64,000 nucleotides of DNA from Camelus ferus (taxonomy: Eukaryota), in contig NC_045697.1 of the NCBI RefSeq assembly GCF_009834535.1, forward strand, positions 51,772,001-51,836,000, read 5' to 3'. This document shows, piece after piece, positions 25,536 to 40,039 of this stretch. Every line of letters starts with the position of its first letter. Position 1 is the stretch's first letter. The notes below the pieces were generated by a model. It searched no databases and was not told the DNA's origin. It saw only the letters and a program-made list of their open reading frames with translations. The position numbers were made by a program, and so were the translations under genes.

Positions 25536-28500
25536 ATCCTCTCTTTATGGGATCTTTTTACCCCTGTCTCCCTGAGGGGCAACTTTCAGGCAGATGAAGT
25601 AGAGATTAGTAATATATGTTAAAGAGAAATGGAACAATGGGGGAAAATAAGTATAGAACAGAAAATAGTATTTTGATTTGAAAATTGTTTGAGATTAGAT
25701 TATGAGGACTATGAACTGAAATGTAAGGGCTATACTCTGGCCAAAATAAACGCTTCTTTAATACATGGTTTTGCAAAGGAAGCTGAATACTTGTTCTTTC
25801 TAAATACCATAAATTGTATTCCAATTTTCATCTGTGATCCATCTAGTCTAAATATCTAAATTTAAAAATCCTTAATGGAAGTTCTTGAAGTTAAGACTTT
25901 GTATAGGATGGAAAGATTTATTTTAGGAATGACTGGAGCCATTTCAGTACATGATAATATAAAACTTACAGTAGATATGCAATTATACAGCATATTCCTA
26001 TATCACTTCCCAGTACCTTACTACTTAGCTGGAAAAAAAAATCTTTGAAAAGAGGCATTAGGTTCAAATTGGGTTTTGTTTTTGTTTCTGTTTTTCATCT
26101 TTCACAGCAGCTGTAACCACTTACATGCCATTCCACGTTAACTTGTTCTTTGATTCTGTGCTGAGATATTTGTTCATTATTTCAGAACTCTGATGAATAA
26201 TACCAAGCATCCTAAGATTTTGTGTATATTCTTGTCCAAAGGACAGTCTTTAATTGTAAGTATTTTTAACACAATACCTGTGGAAGGCTTTATTTCTTTG
26301 GAGAGTGCTTTATACATTGCTGTGTGCTCTTTAAATGTTAAGAATAATGTCTAGTGTGGTACTAAAACTTTTTGCACTCTAACTTCAGTCCTCTGTTTTA
26401 GCACGTTGGCAGGTTCTGTTTCCATGTTTTCAAGTTTTATCAGGTCTAACCTCAGGCACAAAGGGGATAAAAGCTGTGTCTAAGCCTCTTTGGGTGAGAT
26501 GAATGAATGAGGAAAGCAGATCCTTTTAATGTCTTGTGCCCCAGCTAATAAAATGTCACTGAAGAGCCTTTTAGTAACAAGAAATTAAGATATTAGGACA
26601 GCCTTTTAATTTCTTCATTCCCAGTTTTGGTTGACATATATAGTTAAAGCCAATATAGAAATTTGATGCAAATAAACACTCTCCTTCCTCATTCGGTGGC
26701 CCTGGGCTTGGCTTTTGAGTCTAGAGGGAAGTTCCTAGGGAAATCTCTGCTAGGTGTGCAGGTGCACCTGCCTATTTATGTTTAAAGGAGGCACAGTTAA
26801 TTTAACCAGGTTGGATATGTTGTTTCTGTCTCTTCAACATCCTTCTCTGTTCTGTGATGACACAACATTTGAAAAGTCAGCAGAGGCATTTGTAGTTGTT
26901 GCAGGGTTACTGTCATCTGAGTCCCCCTGGGCATTTTTTGAACACTGTCACTCAGTAGTACTCTTCCTCTTAAATTTATGGAAGGTGTGTTCTAACATCC
27001 TGTCATCTCAGACTTCTACAAGTTATTAATGAACATTTATGATATACACTGGGGTTATTTTAATAGATTTGAAATATATAAGCATTGATGTTGGACAAAA
27101 TTATCTGAGTGGACAATACCACTCAGATTTTTATTCTTGAGTGAAATCCCAACTCTTTTGGACTTTTTATCTTTCCTAGTTAAATGGCCCAGTTATACTG
27201 AGCCTCAGACCTCAAGTCACAGTGTCCACAAGCCCTTCACTCCTCTCCATTTCTTCCTTTTGTGACCTTATGACAACTTTGATAAAGCAACTCAAATAAC
27301 TTGAATTAACTTCAAGTTTTGTATCCCAAATAGAAATCAAGGAAATGGGAATCCAAGAATTTGCTCTAAGCAGTAGAAATTATGAAGCTGGATCTTCCTT
27401 TTATTACTAGAGTGGTGACTTTGGAGCACAAGTTAATTCTTTACAAATATTCATGGAGAAAAAAAAAGGCAGGAGAGAAAAAGAGTCCAGCTATCCTAAA
27501 TGTAGATTGCATCACATTTTGACTTCGTGCAGAAGTTTTGCACGTTGACTGGTACATGGGCGCCTCTGGCTGGCCAAGTGGCCCTCACCGGGCATGCCCT
27601 TGCCTGCGTGGCTGCTGCTAGCTCTGCTGGCCCTCACTGCCCGTTTTTCTCAACTTGAGTCCAGCCCTCTCTCACCGATGCAGCCGGACACCCTGAGTTC
27701 TGGCTAGGACACCTGTTTCCCCAGCCCATGTGGCCCACCTGCAGCTCCAGTTGTGGAACTGCAGTGATGCTGGTCAGCAGCCCTTTTCCACAGGCTCCCT
27801 AGGAAACTCAGATATTGCTGTTCTTACAGCACAGGAACCAAGGGGCATCGTGGCTTCCTTGGCTGCAGTTGGATTGACATGCTAGCAAATGATGTGTTCT
27901 CCTTCCCGAGTCCCCCAAGTAGAGCAGGCGAACAGGCTTTGGCCCTTGGAAGTCCTCAGAGATCAGTATGTTTTGGTACCATGTTCCTTCTCTTTTGAGA
28001 CTTGGCCTTGAAGGGCACTGGGAAGAAATCGGAATCACTGTCTCCTCATTCCTATTTGTTTCCTCGTCCTAGAGGCAGTCCAAGATCAAAAGGGCCAAGC
28101 TTGCCTTTTTTCTTCCTCCAGTTAAATGTTTTTTCCTCACTGCTCTTAGCCTCACGATTAAGACTTATGATGGCCAGGACTTTGTCTCATAGGAGGAAAA
28201 CATAAATGAAAACAAACAAAAAAGTAAAAACCCTCTGTATTCTGGTCACTAGACCTAACGTTGATATGTTTGTTATGTGAGAACTAAGAGGATTTAGAAA
28301 ATCCCTTTTCTCTTAGCCTACAGATCTCTTTTATTTTGACAAAGCTTATTTGGACTCCAGAAGTTGAATGTTAAGTCTCTTTATATTTTTGATGCAACAA
28401 TCCTAGTGTCCAGCAGCCTCTTTCCTTTCCCTTTCCAGCCTCCCAGCCAGTGCTTGGGGATGGTTAGTGAGTCATCTATGCACAAAGGCAGAGAAGAATG

Positions 28501-30859
28501 CTTTTATTTTCCAAATATCACCTCCATAGCACAAATTGCCGTATTTCTGTGGTTCACATTGTTGTAGTTCCGTGTTGTTGTAGTTGCAGAAACTACATAT
28601 ATGAAGAGGTTGTTGAATGGGCTCTTGTCAGAGTTGTATACCCTCTATCCTTTCATGTATGTAATTTGGGATGAAAAATGATAAGATGTCAAATGCAAAA
28701 TGGCAAAAAAAAAAAGGTTAAAATGGACTAATGTCAGAAAAAATAAATTTTATCTTTATAACTCAAGTATACCTTACCTCATGATTTGTAATCTTAAATG
28801 TATCACAAATACGGTTTTGGTATCCTGAGTCACTAGGAGAATTTTGGAATTCTCAATTTTCCAGTGTCTATACGTCTAAATTTGGAGCCTTAATCCTCCT
28901 TGATGATTATTTTCTTTTTCCAACTAATATCTTGCAAATACAGAATTTTCTCCCAAATTCCCCAGTATTTTATTTGTGATTAAAAGAAGAAATCAAATTT
29001 ATTCTCTGTGAATATAGACTCCTGAAGTTTTATTTATGACATGATTAAAACAAGAAGTGAGTTTTATGCAAGTCAGAGGATAGTAGTACTAATGCAGTCC
29101 TCATGAGCCCATTTACTTACTTTTGCAGATTCTTCTAACTTTTGGTCCAGAGATAGAATGATGGTGTTGAAAGTGACAGAGGTACCATGTCCAACCCTCC
29201 TTCAGTACAAATAGGGAGGTCATCTGTTTTAGTCTTCTTCAATTCTTGGCAATAACAAAGGAAAAATTAAGACCAGTCATGAAGTCCCTTACCTTAGGTC
29301 CCCAGCTCCAGTAACTAAAGCTGAAAAAGAACAACTTAAATGTGATAGACAGCATAAAAACTAAAGGGAAGGGGAGACCGTAAGTGCTCGGTGTTCAATC
29401 CATTGATAATATCCCTTATATTTCTAGGTATAGAGGCAAAATATGTGATTGTTTCCAAAAATATATTTTGATTGATGTAAGAACATCTTGCATAAAGAGA
29501 GGGTCACACACATTCTCTGTTCCACCCACTTTGCACACGTACTGTAACCCCACCTTAATGGCCATTCCTGTGAAAGGTATTTCATAGCCAAAAGAATACA
29601 GTCCAACTGTGTTAAATTTCTTAGAGTAGAGTTAGCCAAGGATATCCTGTAAAAACAGACTCAAACATTTGAATAGGATCTCTTGAGCCAGTTTTAAAAT
29701 TAGATCTTCAAACTGGGTCTTTAGAACACTGAAGACATCAGAAAGTCTGAGAGGTGGCTTTTTTTGGATACAAGACTATCTAACATGTATCTTTTTAACA
29801 ATCCTTACTATTTCCTATCTCACTGAGAAGGGAAAAAAAGCTCACATTTTTCAGGTGATTTGTAAGAAGACTAAAACATTTATCAGAGATAGAATAAATG
29901 TCTATAGCTTATGCCTTCAAAAAGTATGAAGACATAATATGTAGTTATTAATGGTGAGTTTTAGGCAAACACTTAGCGTATTATTGACACAAAATATATT
30001 ATTTTTATTTGTTTACTGGGTACTTAATATACGTTCTCCCATAAAGTATAGTAAATTTTCCAATTGATTGATTAAAAAAACATACAATTAAACTAAATCA
30101 TTATACAATTAGCCTTATAATGACTGATCTAGAAAACATGTTATGCGCCTTTAGCATATCAGTGAAGGCTGGAGTGTTTGAGTGTCTCCTGGTCGATAAG
30201 GAAGGGTGCCAGGATTTAATGGCTGGGAAGAAAGGAAACATTCCTAAGGAAGCAAGACAAAAATTTAAGTAGAGACATAATGGTGATAATATGGTGGTGA
30301 GATTATTATTAATAACTAAAAGTAAAAAGAGCACGTGTATAAGTCATTATTACCTCAAGGGGCTTTTTTTGTTTTGTTTTGTTTTTTATATAATAACTAT
30401 TCCAGACAGATTGATTCAATGTCTTAGCTGTCATTGATGTGGTGAAAATTTTTTTTCCTTTAGTATAGTTTTAGCCCAAAGGCTTATCATTAAATAGCTT
30501 TGTGACCTATGTCAAGTCCCTTAACCTAACAGTGACTCAGTTTATTCATAGACAAGGCAGAGAAAATACTACTCCTTACTTCAAGGGACTGTCTTTGGAT
30601 TAATCTGATATGATATCAAGCACTTGGTTTTAATTCCTGACACTTACCAAATACTCAGTGATTCTCTCTGACTGCTCTTTGATCATGACCACGTTTTCCC
30701 TTTGTGGTAGTTTTATAACCTTATAAGAACCACCAGCCATCTTCCTTTGAGCGTGTGGTTTGCTAGACGTTTTCATCACAGCATTGCTTTTGTTCTTCTC
30801 CCTTTGGTGTCATGCAAATGCTCACCCTTGTGTTCTGCTTTCAGCTTCTAGGAAATTGT

Positions 30860-31050
30860 TCTTCCATAGAATTTTCTGGATGATCGGAACTTTCTACTTC
30901 AGTGCTCCCAATATGGTAACCACTAGCCATAGGTAGCAACTGCGCTGTGACTAGTATGCCTGAAGAACTGAAGTTTTTGTTTTATTTAATTTTAAGTAAT
31001 TGGAACGTAAAGAGCTGTATGTGCCCAATTGCTCTTGTATTGGACAACAC
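30860..31050. mobile_element. MER3/MER33-like hAT-Charlie MITE
   Basis: ccaatatggtaaccactagcca...gtgactagtatgcctgaagaactgaagtttttgttttatttaattttaa...tattggacaacaca. Confidence 0.65.
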
Positions 31051-32339
31051 AAGACAAGGAGTTGCTCCACAGGTATATATCTTGATGGCTTTCAAAATTC
31101 TTTCATATGCCTTATTTCATTTGATTCTCCCAATAATTATGTGGCATAGAATAGCTGGAATTACCCCAGTTTTTCTTGTTTGCTCAATATTGTTTATTCA
31201 AGGTCTAGCACAGGGACCAGCAAAGAGCAAGTCTTCAATACATATCGATTGAATGAATGAGTCATTAATTCTGAAACTCAGACGTGTTAGGTACCTTGCC
31301 CAAGAAAAATTACTAAAAATGTTTCCCCACATTCTTCATTTGATGAAAAAGTGGTGGTCTTGCAGGTACTTTTTAAACTGAGCAAAAGGAGCTTTCAACT
31401 GACATTTGTCAGGAAAGTAAAAACTGAAATTCTATGTGGGACAGCCAGTGTGACAGACAAGAAGACCCACAGTGTCAAAATTCCTTTGTAATTCATAGGA
31501 GGAAATTCCAAGGAAGGGAATCCAGAAGGAGCACTTATTGCCTCAGATGTCTGTTTATCAAACCCAGACTGTGTAATGAAATTCCCTGTTGATGGTCTGA
31601 GGGGACTTCATTACGTAGTCTGAGTGCTGGGGGTGGTCGTGGAATGGGACTCGGGAATGGGGCATCCAGCACAGAAGAGGCTGTGGGGTGCTCCCGATCT
31701 GTGATGTAGAGCTTGCCTTCCTAGTCACCATGGCACCTGCCACACACTCCATTTCTTCTTATTCTGAAGGCTGTTTTCTTCTTTATGAACCTTCATGAAG
31801 ATGCTCATGGGTCTTAAGTGGGAGATGCAGAGAGTGTGCAGTTGGATGGTATAGGTCTCCTCTGTCTTCATAAATACTTGGCTGGAACTTGGGCCCTTTG
31901 CCCCTTTGCAGGTACTTTTTTCCATCACACTGTTGCCAAATTTCTGTGAAGGATATGTCTTCTGCTTTCTTCTTATCACTTCATCTCTTATCCAGCTCCC
32001 TCTCAGCTTGGCTCTCATCCTCGGCACTTTACATAAATAATTTTCTCCACATACTGAAAGACACTTAAACATTTCAACAGTTTTTTGGACCTCTTTTCTT
32101 GTTACTTAGTACATTTTCCCACATATTCAACTTTATCCTACATAGATTTTTTCTTAATATGTCACGATTTGCCATTTATTCAGATCCACTTTTCTATATA
32201 CAAATAAAATCTTGCCGTTTTATTTATTCAACTTTTATACATCGTATGTTTATTTCTTCTGCTTTTAAGGGAATTATATGTATATTGAATGGACCATCTT
32301 AAAATTATCTTTTATTTCTTATTTTCATGAACGTACAGA

Positions 32340-32640
32340 GTACTAGTTACTTCTGAGTACTTACACTATTACTCTGATTCAGCTTTTGTGAATACTAGAC
32401 TATTGTTATTTTTAACTGAATGCCTTGAATTTCCAAGAATATAATCAAGTCATCTGAAAGTAATAGCTTTATGTATTATTTTCTCTTACTTCTGTATCTC
32501 TGGCATAACTTAATAAAAATTTCCAAATCGCTGCTACATAAAAACCGTGAACATAGATATTTGTTATTGTTGTTCCTGAGTTTACAGGGACTTTCTCTCA
32601 GGGATCTGCTATTGACTATAATGATGACATGTTTAGAAGG
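32340..32640 (-). mobile_element. Highly degenerate old L1M ORF2 fragment
   Basis: ataatcaagtcatctgaaagtaatagcttt...tgttgttcctgagtttacaggga resembles the antisense L1 RT region. Confidence 0.4.
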
Positions 32641-34699
32641 ACTATTAATTTTATTTATATATATATAAATTAAAAGATTATATATATATAAAAATGGAAA
32701 AACCTTCCATTCCTTTTTTTAAAAAATACCTTTATGGACATAATTATACTAATGATCCTACCTAGTTTCATACTTTTTTTAAAATAACTTCCAGTATCAT
32801 CTTCACCAAATATCCTTGACTGTTTCTGATATGGATTTTGGAGGCTGACAAACCTGGATCCAAACAGCTCTGCTTCTGATTAGTTCTGTGACCTTAGGTA
32901 CTTTGGACAACTTCTTCAGACACCATTACCTCAAGTATAATGTGAAATTCTGACTATCTCATGATGCCATTGGTGATAGATGGCCCTCCACAAGATGGGC
33001 AGCCACCACACTCTCTTACATCTTTCCCTTTCTTCTGTTACCCCTGCCAAAACAATAGTTTTTCTCCTTCTCTCATATTTGTCTCAGGGAAGACCAGATT
33101 ACAAAGACCTTATTGTACAAATTAAAAGATAAATTAAAAAATCAAAGCCCAGTGTACTCATAGAAGTGACATAGTTTCGTGATATGTATTTTGGAAGATC
33201 TGCCTGCCTTCCATCCCTGCGGAGTTAAGTAGAGGAGCAAGAGAACAGAGGCAATTTGGCGGCTGCTGGAGTAATCCAGATGAGAGGTGATGAGAGCATC
33301 AGTGTCTCCTCCAACATGAAAGAGGAGGAGTGGGTGGCGTTGAATGCATTTGAAGAAGCAGAGCAAAACAGTTTTTAAGGCTACTTTCATGTGAGGCTGT
33401 TTGTGATCATTACAACCATTACGTTTTTAACTTTTAAAATTTCTAAGTAACGTGCACAACAGAATGCCATATGCCATCTCTGGCCCCCACCCAATCTCTG
33501 AGCATAATACTCAGGGATGGGGCAGAGAGTTCTCTGTTACATGCATTACTTGGTTGCTTTAATTAGTATACAGAAAGAACAACTTTAAAAACTTTAATTA
33601 TGAAATAGTTATAAATATCCCAATATGACGTGCTTCAAAAGTAATGTCATGTGTTCATCCTTATGGAAGTAAAAAGAGATATTTTGGTGCCTGGTTAGAT
33701 GTACGTTTGGTGGAGACATGTAATGTAGTTAGACAGACATTCTTACTGTGTCCCTGGTTTGTTAACACTTCCATAAATTTACACTGTTTTCTGTTTCTAG
33801 AATATCTTCTTGTCACTTCTCTTCAGTGCTCGTTATCCAGCTCGAGTGTCATATTTCAATGAAAGTGTTTTTTTCCCCCTGAAATTCCATAGTTCACACA
33901 AGTTCTTTTTTATCACTTTGCCACATACCATCTTATAATATGAATTATTTCCTTCATTTATTTAAATCTGGTTTTCAGCTCCTACTATTTCATTTAATTA
34001 AAAAAAAAACCCAAAACTCTTTAATGACAAACTGTGCTGCTGCATTTTTCCCTGTACCCACCTTACTTCTCTGTGACATTAGACTTGCCCTATGGCTTTC
34101 ATGTCTGGAATCTTACTTGGATTTCTTTTGTAGCCTCCTTCCTTGATAACCTCTCCTCTTCCCATCCTTCACGTGTAAGTCTTCTTTCAGGTTTTTTTCC
34201 TTTTCTTTTCTTGTGTTCTGTATCACTGGTGATCTTGGGGAGAATTGCACAGTGGTATATGTCATCCACTTTCCTCCTGAGCTCCAAGACTGTATATTCA
34301 ACTGCTATTTAGCCACCTGCACCTGGATATCCCACAAAGACCTCTAACTCAACATGGCCGTCATTGAGCTCATCTCTAACCACCCACCAGTTTCTAAGTT
34401 GCTCCTTGATTCTCCTATTAGATTTCAGTCTTAATGAATGTCCTGGCACCCACCCAGTTAACCCTTCTGATTTTAATATCCCTTATCTAGTTGGCAAGCA
34501 AGACCCACACATTATCCACCCAGAAAGCACTCAAGATAGCCTCTTCAGTCTCCTTTGTTTCTACTTTTATTCAGAGCCTGACAATTTTTGTTTTGAATAT
34601 TGCAGCAGTCTCCTAACTATTCTCCTATTTCTAAACCTGACTGCTTCTAATCCATTTTGAGATAGAATGTTACCAAACTTTGTGAATTATGTACCCACA

Positions 34700-34701
<2 letters not shown>

Positions 34702-34747
<46 letters not shown>
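34702..34747. repeat. (GT)23 microsatellite
   Basis: Perfect GT dinucleotide run. Confidence 0.97.
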
Positions 34748-34749
<2 letters not shown>

Positions 34750-36870
34750 ACCTACACAGAAATGTATTAGTATAGCTTATACATACAGAACTTGTGTAAC
34801 ATGTTTTATAGGACATTCACAAAGATGGAATTATAAAGAATGTAAAAAAGATAATTTTTGTAGTTCTATTTTTCTCTCCATATTCCAGTGACCACTCTTA
34901 CATATCTCTGTAGTTTAAGTACACTGATATCCTGCTTCAGAGATTGCTACATTTGATTGAGGATATAGTGACCTTTGTGAACTGAACTGTGTCACTATTT
35001 AGTCTAAAATTTGTAGGTCATTCCCCATTTCTTATTGGATAAAATATAAACATTTTAGCATTGTCCTCTGGAACCTGGAACCTATTTATCTATTTTTCTC
35101 TCTCTTGTTTTTCATTAGTGACTCCCACTCCCCCTATATACTCTTTATTTGAAGTTTACTAAACTCTAAATTTCCTAAACACACATTTCCTCACACTTTG
35201 CCTTCTTATTTGTCCTTTTACATGGTAGACTGCATATCTCTTTTAGAATGTTGGAAGGTATCTTTATATCAGATTTTACCTGGTAAGCACTACTAGACCA
35301 TCTTTCTGAGAAGAGAATAAATACTTGCCATTGGATTTTGTAGGATCTAAAAGGTGGGGATAATGATTTTATCTTACATCTGAAGACTAAATGAGACAAT
35401 TAACTTCAACCCCTGGCACATATATTTTGCCTATTTTAATTCATACCTACCTCTTATTTTTGTCTAACCTCATCCAATAATGTCCTCTGAGAATGAACAT
35501 TAAAATTTTATTTCCCTTCAAGTTTCTTATTCATAATAATTTAAGGGAAGTCTACTTTTTAAAAAACTAGCATTGGATACGATTGAAAAAGAGTCTACCA
35601 TTAAGACAGATTAGAGGGGAAAAGTAGAAAATGCTTTGAGAAAATGCTCAGACAGTCATTGTTCTACAGGAATACTTTCCAAAAAGAGCGAGATAGAATT
35701 TTTTTCTAAAGAAATTGTATTCTGTAGAGTAGAAATTCTTAGTCTGCAAGGGTACCAAGAGGTCTACAAATTCTCTGAACTTAGTTTTTTATGTATGTAT
35801 AGATTTGTGTTGTCTCTTCCCTCCCAGGGCGGTTCTATACCTTGTAAAGGATTTTCATAGGGGGTCCACTATTTTAAAATTTGGGGAGGATAACTGTCCT
35901 CAAACTGTTTCAATATTCTTTGGGTAATTTGATTTGCTTTTTCAAGCCATTTGTATATATTGAGAAGTAAAGGGGTGAGAAATAGATCTTACTTATGTAG
36001 TGACTATGTTACCTAACAACTACTGGGCTTTTAATATCAGAATATTAATTGAATAATATACCTATTCCTCATTAAAAAGGCAAAATCTTACTTTTCCCTT
36101 TTAAATGTATGAGTAAACTACTCTAGTCCAATATTATCTACTAGCTAAACATAAAAAGATGTGTTTGGGTGAGAAGGAAACAGGTCTCAGTGTGCTTTCT
36201 TTTCAATAATGCAGAAGGTAACGAAAACTATGACACCCCTCCCAACACGTAGGACACTTTTGTGTTTGAAGGTTTAGGAAATGTGTGCCACAGAAATAAA
36301 TGATAATGCTTTGCGCGAAGAGATCTTCATTATCTCAGCCAACAGTGGTCTTCAGAAGCAATGACATCATTGTTGCTTCACTGACTTCAGAATTCAAGCA
36401 AGAGCCAGAAGCCTAAGAACTTAGGCAGCTCCTTTGTCAGACAGAGCGCAGAAAGGAAGACACAAAGAGCCTCCCTTTGAGTCATGGCAGGCTTTGCGAC
36501 TCCTTTCTGGGCCCTTTGTGAGAGCACATGACTGGACTTGTAGGAGATTAACCCCCTTAACATTTCTGTAAAAAATTAAACAGATGCAAAGCAGCTCCAT
36601 CACCTTTTTTCCTCTCTGCTGTGAATTCAGCATTATGGTGGGCAGTGAATTATTTTGAATTCCCTCGGAGAGACCAGGGCAGTCAATGGGGACTGGTGAA
36701 TGCGGGCCCTCTGAGGGGCTCAGTTGTGGGTTTTCTTGGGCTTTCACTGTTCTTTAGGGCATTATTCCCCTGAAAGAGTTCCCTCTAAGAGTGGGGTCAG
36801 TCTAGAGACCTTTATAGTGCTTGAAGTAATCCACCCTTTAATCTCTTCCTTCCTGTGGGAAAATCAGTAC

Positions 36871-36889
36871 AAAAAAAAAAAAAAAAAAA
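36871..36889. repeat. A19 homopolymer
   Basis: Direct observation. Confidence 0.95.
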
Positions 36890-39800
36890 GAATGAGCTAG
36901 TATTTATGTCCAGATAGAGACTGTTTAGACTGTTTACTTTTAATTTAGTACTATTCTTTGCATGCAAATAGCTTGTTTTCAACTTAAGTTCTTTAATAAA
37001 GAAAAAAATTTTTCCAAATATTAGTATATGATTTATGCTGATAATTTTAGCCAGTCATATATGAAAACTGGTGAGTGGATGCTCTTAGTTCTTAACTGTT
37101 TCTTATCCTGGGTTATCATGTCATTAATCCAGCAGATATTGCATTATTTCTTACAGTAAGTACATACTATCTTTTTGTTTTCAGGTGAATGATCTCTACA
37201 TCTTTTTATTTTCCTGGTTTTGAGTTTATTTACATATTGTGTATATGGAAAGGGTTGATTATGTATTTTATCATTGTATGTCAAAATACTGTATTTGAAG
37301 GTAACAAGATTTAACTCTTGACTTTTCATGACAAAATTGGTGACAGTGAGAACACAAATAACAATAATTTCCTTTAGGAATGGAATAATTATTGAGAGAT
37401 GGGATAGTGAGAGAAGACTTTTGCTTGGTTTTCACTGCTCAATGTTTAAAATGCAATTGTGCATTCATTTGTTACTTATATATTTGAAAAAAATTTAAAC
37501 AACAAAGAAGAAAATGTATTAACCTGGGAGAAGTACTGGCCATTTTAGTTCAGGTTCTTCTGCCTATTGTGGTTCCAAGTTTATAAAGATTGTAACTTAT
37601 AGCAGGCTCCATTTTCAATCTCAAAACTCCAGATCATTAGGAAGAAGAATAGGCGATGAGGAATAATATTTCCATTGTAAAATATGTGAAGGATAGAAGT
37701 AGAATGTTTTTTCAGGTACAATTTTTTGAAGACAGAATGCATCACAATTTCCTTTCTAGTTTCCAACTGTTAGAAATAAAACAAAGTTAGCTGCCTCTAG
37801 TTATCTTTGAAATAACAGAGTAAAAAAAATGTGGAAAAATAAATTGGATTTAGACAAAGCAGTCAATGAAAGAATTTGAATTCCTTTACCCCTTTGAACT
37901 GTCTTTCTCACTTTCCCCCTCTAGAACTTGAATAAAACTGGTGACTGCCTTAAAATTAGATATCACCTTACCCCAGTGTTTAATTTAGGGACACTCAGAG
38001 ACAAAATTATAAGGGTAATTTGGATATTCAGGTAAAGTGCATTTTTAGTTACAGTGTTATGGTGGAATCATATGATTTTCCCACTACTTTGGATTAAGGG
38101 GGTGGAAGTTTTTGATATGTAGGAAGACAAAAAGAAATTGGTGGGGTAGGTAGTGATAGATAGTGCAATACTGGGGGAAAACAGATTTAGAAATGTGAAA
38201 TCCCTGAGCTCATGGAGCACAGAGGCCAGTGCAGTAAGGAAGGCTCTGGGAGGGAGCAGTGCTGGGATTAGTTAGAACTCTTATCCTATCAGTGTGGCCT
38301 CTCCTCTGGTCTCTAGATGGCATGATGAGGCGAAGAGACCCAGCTGTAGCTGCCTATCTCTGGTGAAGCTTAGGAATTCTGAGCAGCATAGTATACAGTG
38401 GAAAGGGTCTTGGTCTCTAGGAGTCAGGGAAGATATGAGCTCTGGTCCTCATTTGCCACTAGCAGTGAGACCTAAGGGTCTTGCTTCTCTGTTGTGCTTG
38501 GAGCCACCCTCCAGATGGACATACTAGATTTGAAGCTCCTTGAAATTTCTTTATACTCATGGTGCTCAGCATAGGGCCTGGCACCGAGATATACTCAATA
38601 AAATTTTTGAGTGAAAGAGTGAAAATACATCACTTTTCTGATTGTAAATCTAGAATGGGGTTGGGTGGTTAGAGTAGGTTGTCACGTTTCCTAAGATGCC
38701 TTCACGCTCTTAAGTCCAGATTTTAGGACATCTAGTTAATGACTTTTCCTACACAAGCATCCCATCTGTAATAGTCTTGACGTATTGTCATCCAGCTTCT
38801 CGGCTTCAATAACTAAACCCTCACTATCACTGTGTAGTGTTTCCTCATTTTTAACCTGCTCTATTTAACATTTTGCTGGTCTCCAGTCCTGCTTCCTTTT
38901 AGGAAGGTTTTAGTGAGATTGAACCATAGAGAACTGCCATGTGTAGGTCCAAAACAGTTGAATATTGACAATTTCAAATGATACAACTAAAGTTCATTAT
39001 CCGAACTGTAGTCACAGAGACTTGGTCCCTGCTTTAAACGTTGCAGGAGCTTCTCTACCCCGACTCCCACTGTTCCGTCTACAGCCCCTTCTTATTTCGA
39101 TTCACAAGGACTTTGACAATCTGACCCTCTCTTTCCCCTCTGGCCTAAACTATTACCAATCTCTTTCACTGTCTACAATTCAGCTGCACAGAAATCTCAG
39201 TTCCTGGACTGCTAAGCTTTCTCTCAGTGTGGGCCTTTGGGAATGTAATGTCTCATGCCAGAAGTACTCTCATTTTTTTCCTTTCTCCTCCACCCGTCAA
39301 ACCAGTCGCCTGGCTGGACCAACACCCATGTTAGCAATGGAGAAAGACAGTATACATATAAGTAAACATGAACTATTCAGTATTTTAGAAGTGAACAGTG
39401 CTATTGAGAGAAGGATTTTCTCCCCTGTGACTACCCTGACCCTGCATTTCCAACGTCCCACTTAAACAAGGGACCACAAACCGAACACAGTAACACAGCT
39501 GTGGTCTCAGGAGCAGAGGCTGCAGTGGGACGGAAGACGAGTGCCCTTGTCTGGGGCCTTTTAATTCTATCAGTACACTTTTCTAAGGCAGTCAGTTATC
39601 CCTGTGAGCTCATGGTGATTTTCCATTGCCCTGAACATAAAAGGAGCTTAAAAAAGAAAAAGTTTGGCTAGAATTTCTTTTTTCTAAGAGCCCAGGAAAA
39701 AGAGGTCATCATTGGGAAGTTAGGAAGTCATGATAATTTTCAGGAATAGTTTATTTATTTTTTAAAATAACTTTCAGGTATTTGTAGAACAGCTTAGGAA

Positions 39801-40039
39801 ATGAAGTGCTTTCCTAGACAGGTGTTTCTGCTCTGCTTTGGAATACTGGTAGGGGAAGGGCTACTGAAGCCTTCTTTTAATTCACAGGAGAAACATATCC
39901 TTTTGCTCCTTCCTGTATAATAACATTAGCTTTGCCAAAATTATGAGTAATCAGTATAGGAAATGTAGTTATTTTTGGTTGAATATTGTGTTTTCATAAA
40001 GTATGAGATAATAGGAAATGAAGTGGGCAAAATAAGTAA

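Noticed and set aside
38965..39465. Longest ORF in the track (166 aa)
   Set aside because: Starts at TTG, has no recognisable domain or ADAMTS similarity, and lies in degenerate repeat-like intronic DNA; probably a chance ORF
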